From assembly GCA_964542295.1 (NCBI GenBank), contig CAZITZ010000001.1, positions 11,724-39,820 of the forward strand: 28,097 nucleotides of DNA. The letters are read 5' to 3'. This DNA is from an uncultured Desulfurococcaceae archaeon (lineage in GTDB: Archaea; Thermoproteota; Thermoprotei_A; Sulfolobales; Desulfurococcaceae). This document shows, piece by piece, positions 25,239 to 28,097 of this stretch (position 1 is the stretch's first letter; each line of letters begins with the position of its first letter). The translations under genes and the position numbers were made by a program. The notes beneath the pieces were generated by a model. It did not search any database and was not told the origin of the DNA. It saw nothing but the letters and a program-made list of their open reading frames with translations.

Positions 25239-25907
25239 CTAACAATATTTTATTCTTTGACAATAAAACTTAGCAATAGAATATCCTAAATATAGACCTT
25301 CTATTTCTAATGGTGTATTTCTAAGACTGGCGTAGATTATCGTACAGTTGTTAATACATCTTTTATCTTTAATTTTCTCTATGACTTCTTCAATAATATG
25401 ATGTTCTGTACTAGAGACAGGTAATCCCGGTATTCGTAGCTCATTATTTTCAATAAATGCAATTAATGCTGCATCTGCATTAATTGATATAGCTTTATCC
25501 CTAATTATTAGAACTGGAGTATTCCTCGGCGGCATCATGCTTATAATTATTAGAACTGGGTTATTCCAATTAAATAATTTAATATCTTTATATAAGTCTA
25601 TAATTTCACGCAAAGCTTTACTTAATTCTCTACCCCTATCTGTTAAATAAGCTCCTGCAACTCTATCTATTTCTATAAACCCATTATGTTTAAGCCTTTT
25701 GAATAGACTCCTAACACTCGTTTCTCCAAGATCTAGCTCCTTACTTAATACTTTCCTCCCCGCAGGACCATTATCCATTAGATAAAACAATGCTTTTATG
25801 ACATGTCCTGGATGAAAAGTAGGTCTAACTCCTCCCTTATAACTAGTTATTGCTCTCACTTCCTCAATTGCTTTGCAGAATCTCTCAGTCAATGGATCTA
25901 CTTCCAA
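25239..25907 (-). CDS. wHTH protein, DUF4443-like
   Basis: GPAGRKVLSKELDLGETSVRSLFKRLK HTH; C-terminal LIIRDKAI...A.AALI pattern. Confidence 0.7.
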   Translation of the reverse strand: MEVDPLTERFCKAIEEVRAITSYKGGVRPTFHPGHVIKALFYLMDNGPAGRKVLSKELDLGETSVRSLFKRLKHNGFIEIDRVAGAYLTDRGRELSKALREIIDLYKDIKLFNWNNPVLIIISMMPPRNTPVLIIRDKAISINADAALIAFIENNELRIPGLPVSSTEHHIIEEVIEKIKDKRCINNCTIIYASLRNTPLEIEGLYLGYSIAKFYCQRIKYC

Positions 25908-26018
25908 ATAATACCACCATATAGTCTAATTCTATATTTAATCTTTTATATACGTCTCATATATTTCTAGGGTTAAGTATTGACTGCGTTTTCGAAAAAA
26001 GATAATGGAGGATTTTTT

Positions 26019-26390
26019 ATGAAACCATATATCGTTATACCTTTATTTGCTCTATTAATACTTCTTTCAATGTTTATACCAAGGATTATACAACCATCTT
26101 ATCAATCCAGTAGTATTTCTTTATGGAGGAGCCCCGATCTTGATGTTATTGCTTACTTGTGTAATAATACATTGTATATAAACATGACGTATCAAGGAAA
26201 TGAATCTATTTACCTCGTTTATGTGATGATTGGAGGATACAAGTTAGATATTGAACGTGAAATAAGGGATAATACACTGATTAATTTTTCTGTGAGGAAT
26301 AAAATACCGTATATGATAGTTCTTAGGATAAGGTATAGGAGTAGAGAATTTAATCGCTATGTCTACGTAGTACGTGAATGCTATAAATGA
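26019..26390 (+). CDS. Small N-terminally anchored membrane or secreted protein
   Basis: ATG 26019 after GGAGG; hydrophobic N-terminus; four N-X-S/T sequons. Confidence 0.65.
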   Translation: MKPYIVIPLFALLILLSMFIPRIIQPSYQSSSISLWRSPDLDVIAYLCNNTLYINMTYQGNESIYLVYVMIGGYKLDIEREIRDNTLINFSVRNKIPYMIVLRIRYRSREFNRYVYVVRECYK

Positions 26391-26422
26391 GTACCCTATA
26401 TATCTTTATGTGGTGTCTACCT

Positions 26423-27364
26423 ATGGTTAAGAGCTTGAAGGGTAAGGACTTCTTAACATTAGCTGATTATACTCGAGAGGAATTATTATTTATGCTAGAC
26501 ACTACTAGGATGTTTAAAGAGAGATTCTATTCTGGCGAAAGAGTTATACCCATACTACATGGTAGATCTCTTGCAATGATATTTGAGAAACCGAGTACAC
26601 GTACAAGGGTTAGTTTTGAAATAGCTATGAAACAACTTGGAGGCTATGCTTTATATCTAAGCTGGAGAGATCTGCAGCTTGGACGGGGTGAGACCATAGC
26701 TGATACAGCGAGAGTCCTGTCAAGATATGTTGATGGAATAATGGCACGCGTTTATGAGCATAGTAAACTAGAGGAACTAGCTCAGTATAGCAATAAGCCT
26801 GTTATAAACGGCCTAAGCGATCTACTTCATCCTGCACAAGCCCTAGCCGATATATATACGGTCATGGAGAAAAAAGGTGATCCAAGGAGACTAAAAATAG
26901 TCTTCATAGGTGATGGAAGGGATAATGTACTTCACAGTTTGTTGTTAGGCCTAGGGGTTATTGGAGCAAAATTAGTTATATCGTCTCCCAAGGGATACGA
27001 TCCTGATCCACGGGTATTGAAGAGATTTGATGAAATATCTGTTGAAACTAACGCGTCTTATGAAATAGAAAGGGATCCGATCGAAGCTATTAAAGATGCA
27101 GATGTTGTTTATACAGATGTATGGGTTAGCATGGGCCAAGAAAAAGTTGCCGATAAAAAGATACGGGATCTAAGCCCCTATCAAGTTAATGTAGAGCTTA
27201 TGAAATATGCTAAGCCTAACGCTATTTTCATGCACTGCCTCCCTGCTCATAGAGGCCAAGAGGTTACTGATGACGTTATTGATGGTAAGTGGAGCGTCGT
27301 ATGGGATCAGGCTGAGAATCGTCTTCATGCTCAGAAAGCCATACTAGCATTATTAATACCATGA
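26423..27364 (+). CDS. argF: Ornithine carbamoyltransferase
   Basis: FEKPSTRTR, NGLSD..HPAQ, DVWVSMG and HCLP motifs; start moved to ATG 26423 (GGTG RBS). Confidence 0.95.
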   Translation: MVKSLKGKDFLTLADYTREELLFMLDTTRMFKERFYSGERVIPILHGRSLAMIFEKPSTRTRVSFEIAMKQLGGYALYLSWRDLQLGRGETIADTARVLSRYVDGIMARVYEHSKLEELAQYSNKPVINGLSDLLHPAQALADIYTVMEKKGDPRRLKIVFIGDGRDNVLHSLLLGLGVIGAKLVISSPKGYDPDPRVLKRFDEISVETNASYEIERDPIEAIKDADVVYTDVWVSMGQEKVADKKIRDLSPYQVNVELMKYAKPNAIFMHCLPAHRGQEVTDDVIDGKWSVVWDQAENRLHAQKAILALLIP

Positions 27365-27465
27365 GATCATATAGAGGAATATATTTTTAATAGGTATTTA
27401 ATTGTTTAAAACATTAGATACTGGCTCGTAATCTTTAATTCCATATAATTTGGGGAATGATATAT

Positions 27466-28097
27466 ATGTCCATAGTGTTTAAATATCTTGACAAGGCAGC
27501 ATTGGAATTAGAGAAGAGAAAGAAGATCAAAACTATTATAAAAATTGTTATTATAGTATTTGCTATAGCATTCGCATTATACCTAAGATCTGTCCCGGCA
27601 TTAGAGATTGCGGCAAAATATGGTCCAGAATATGCATTAGAGTTACAAGGTAACGATCCATGGATCGAGTATTGGGTTGCAAATTATACTTATCACCATG
27701 GCATACTTTCATGGTGGACTCTAAAACCAACGGATCCTGTTGCTGGACCTTTAATTAGAAAATTCTGGTATCCATGGGGAAGAGATATTACTATGACGAC
27801 ATACCCTGGTATACCAGTATTTTCTGCATTAACATACCCTATTGTGCAGAATTTCGGATTAACACTTAAAGACTGGATTGCCCTACAGCCTTTATTCTAT
27901 GCAACTATAACAGTTATATTCGTGTATTTAGCAGTAAAAGAGTTAATGGATGGCAGTGAACTTGCTGGTTTAGCTGCAGCAATAATATACGCTGTATTAC
28001 CGGCAGCTGCTGATAGAACTATGGTTTCATTTACTGAAAAGGAGGGTGCTGCACTACCTTTTGCATTCCTCTTTATCTACTTCTATTCAAAAATGAT
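27466..28097 (+). CDS. aglB: Oligosaccharyltransferase AglB/STT3, 5' part, runs off the window end; absent from the supplied ORF track
   Basis: Manual translation MSIVFKYLDK...LYLRSVP...ELQGNDPWIEYW...KFWYPWGRD...YPG...DRTMVSFTEKEG; open frame to the window end. Confidence 0.88.
   Translation, partial: MSIVFKYLDKAALELEKRKKIKTIIKIVIIVFAIAFALYLRSVPALEIAAKYGPEYALELQGNDPWIEYWVANYTYHHGILSWWTLKPTDPVAGPLIRKFWYPWGRDITMTTYPGIPVFSALTYPIVQNFGLTLKDWIALQPLFYATITVIFVYLAVKELMDGSELAGLAAAIIYAVLPAAADRTMVSFTEKEGAALPFAFLFIYFYSKM

Noticed and set aside
1-28097. Mobile elements, CRISPR arrays, tRNA and rRNA genes
   Set aside because: No transposase, integrase, terminal inverted repeats, regular repeat-spacer array or cloverleaf was seen

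Overview
AT-rich, gene-dense chromosomal window from a hyperthermophilic crenarchaeon. It is most consistent with Desulfurococcales/Desulfurococcaceae; this is inferred from gene content, GGTGA/GGAGG ribosome-binding sites, many TTG/GTG starts and BRE-TATA promoters. It holds housekeeping genes (priL, nmd3, adk, aspS, a P2A-type Ca2+ ATPase, iorAB, cdd, a DUF1998 helicase, a divergent birA, nadM, a site-2 protease, argF and the 5' part of aglB) plus several hypothetical and surface proteins. I saw no mobile element, CRISPR array, tRNA or rRNA. The notable signal is in GC-rich intergenic islands. The best candidate is a stand-alone, promoter-driven RNA at 10041-10236 whose two ends form a canonical bulge-helix-bulge (BHB) splicing motif. 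This predicts excision of a 183-nt circular RNA carrying a K-loop/H-ACA-like hairpin and three further hairpins, with no tRNA, rRNA or mRNA host. Four more K-turn RNAs are predicted: two tandem C/D guides (one fits tRNA-Gln U34), a possible C/D-H/ACA hybrid, and a C/D-like RNA with covarying non-canonical boxes. A shared 10-bp promoter box sits upstream of two small genes. All structures were folded by eye, and target RNA sequences were recalled from memory, so both need checking.
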